In this document: piece by piece, positions 63,814 to 64,000 of the stretch | How the letters are laid out: every line of letters starts with the position of its first letter | How positions within the stretch are numbered: the first letter of the stretch is position 1 | Source: Phaeosaccion multiseriatum | Taxonomy: Eukaryota > Protista > Ochrophyta, other classes | Direction of reading: 5' to 3' | Assembly (NCBI GenBank): GCA_965112735.1 | Contig: OZ218950.1 | Span: 3,720,001-3,784,000, forward strand | Length of the DNA stretch: 64,000 nt | The notes under the pieces: model-generated | Seen by the model: the letters and a program-made list of their open reading frames with translations, nothing else | Told to the model about the DNA's origin: nothing | Database searches by the model: none | Made by a program: the position numbers and the translations under genes

Positions 63814-64000
63814 CCTACGTGTGCATTTGTGCGTGTGTACATTAGCGCAGAAGTGAGTTGAGAGAGAGAGGTAGAGAGAGGGAGAGGGAGATAGAGGGGG
63901 AAAGAGAGAGGGAGAGAGGGAGAGAGAGAGAGGAAGAGAGGGAGAGAGGGAGGGAGGGAGAGGGCGAGGGAGAGGGCGAAGGAGAGAGGGAGAGAGGGGA

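Overview
GC-rich, intron-containing eukaryotic nuclear DNA with microsatellite-laden introns. It looks like a protist or alga (stramenopile-like by impression only; taxonomy cannot be proven from this window). The first ~12.4 kb is an accessory, transposon-rich zone. It holds a decayed Ty3/gypsy LTR retrotransposon on the minus strand whose pol region carries a DEDDy (Mut-7/EXD3/WRN-type) 3'-5' exonuclease between RNase H and integrase, nested LTR-like fragments, an ankyrin-repeat gene and a CRE-like non-LTR remnant. The rest is gene-dense: an arylsulfatase, an acidic orphan ORF, TBCE, a MYST acetyltransferase, a divergent NF-YC, a BAH+ELM2 protein, an SNM1-type nuclease/ATP-dependent ligase fusion with LIG6 architecture, CHMP2/VPS2, an AT-hook+SANT protein, an RNA-dependent RNA polymerase and a large IQ/B-box/coiled-coil/EF-hand gene that runs off the right edge. 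The best novelty candidates are the exonuclease-carrying gypsy element and the LIG6-type fusion. Family calls rest on motifs recognised by eye, and exon boundaries were read manually.
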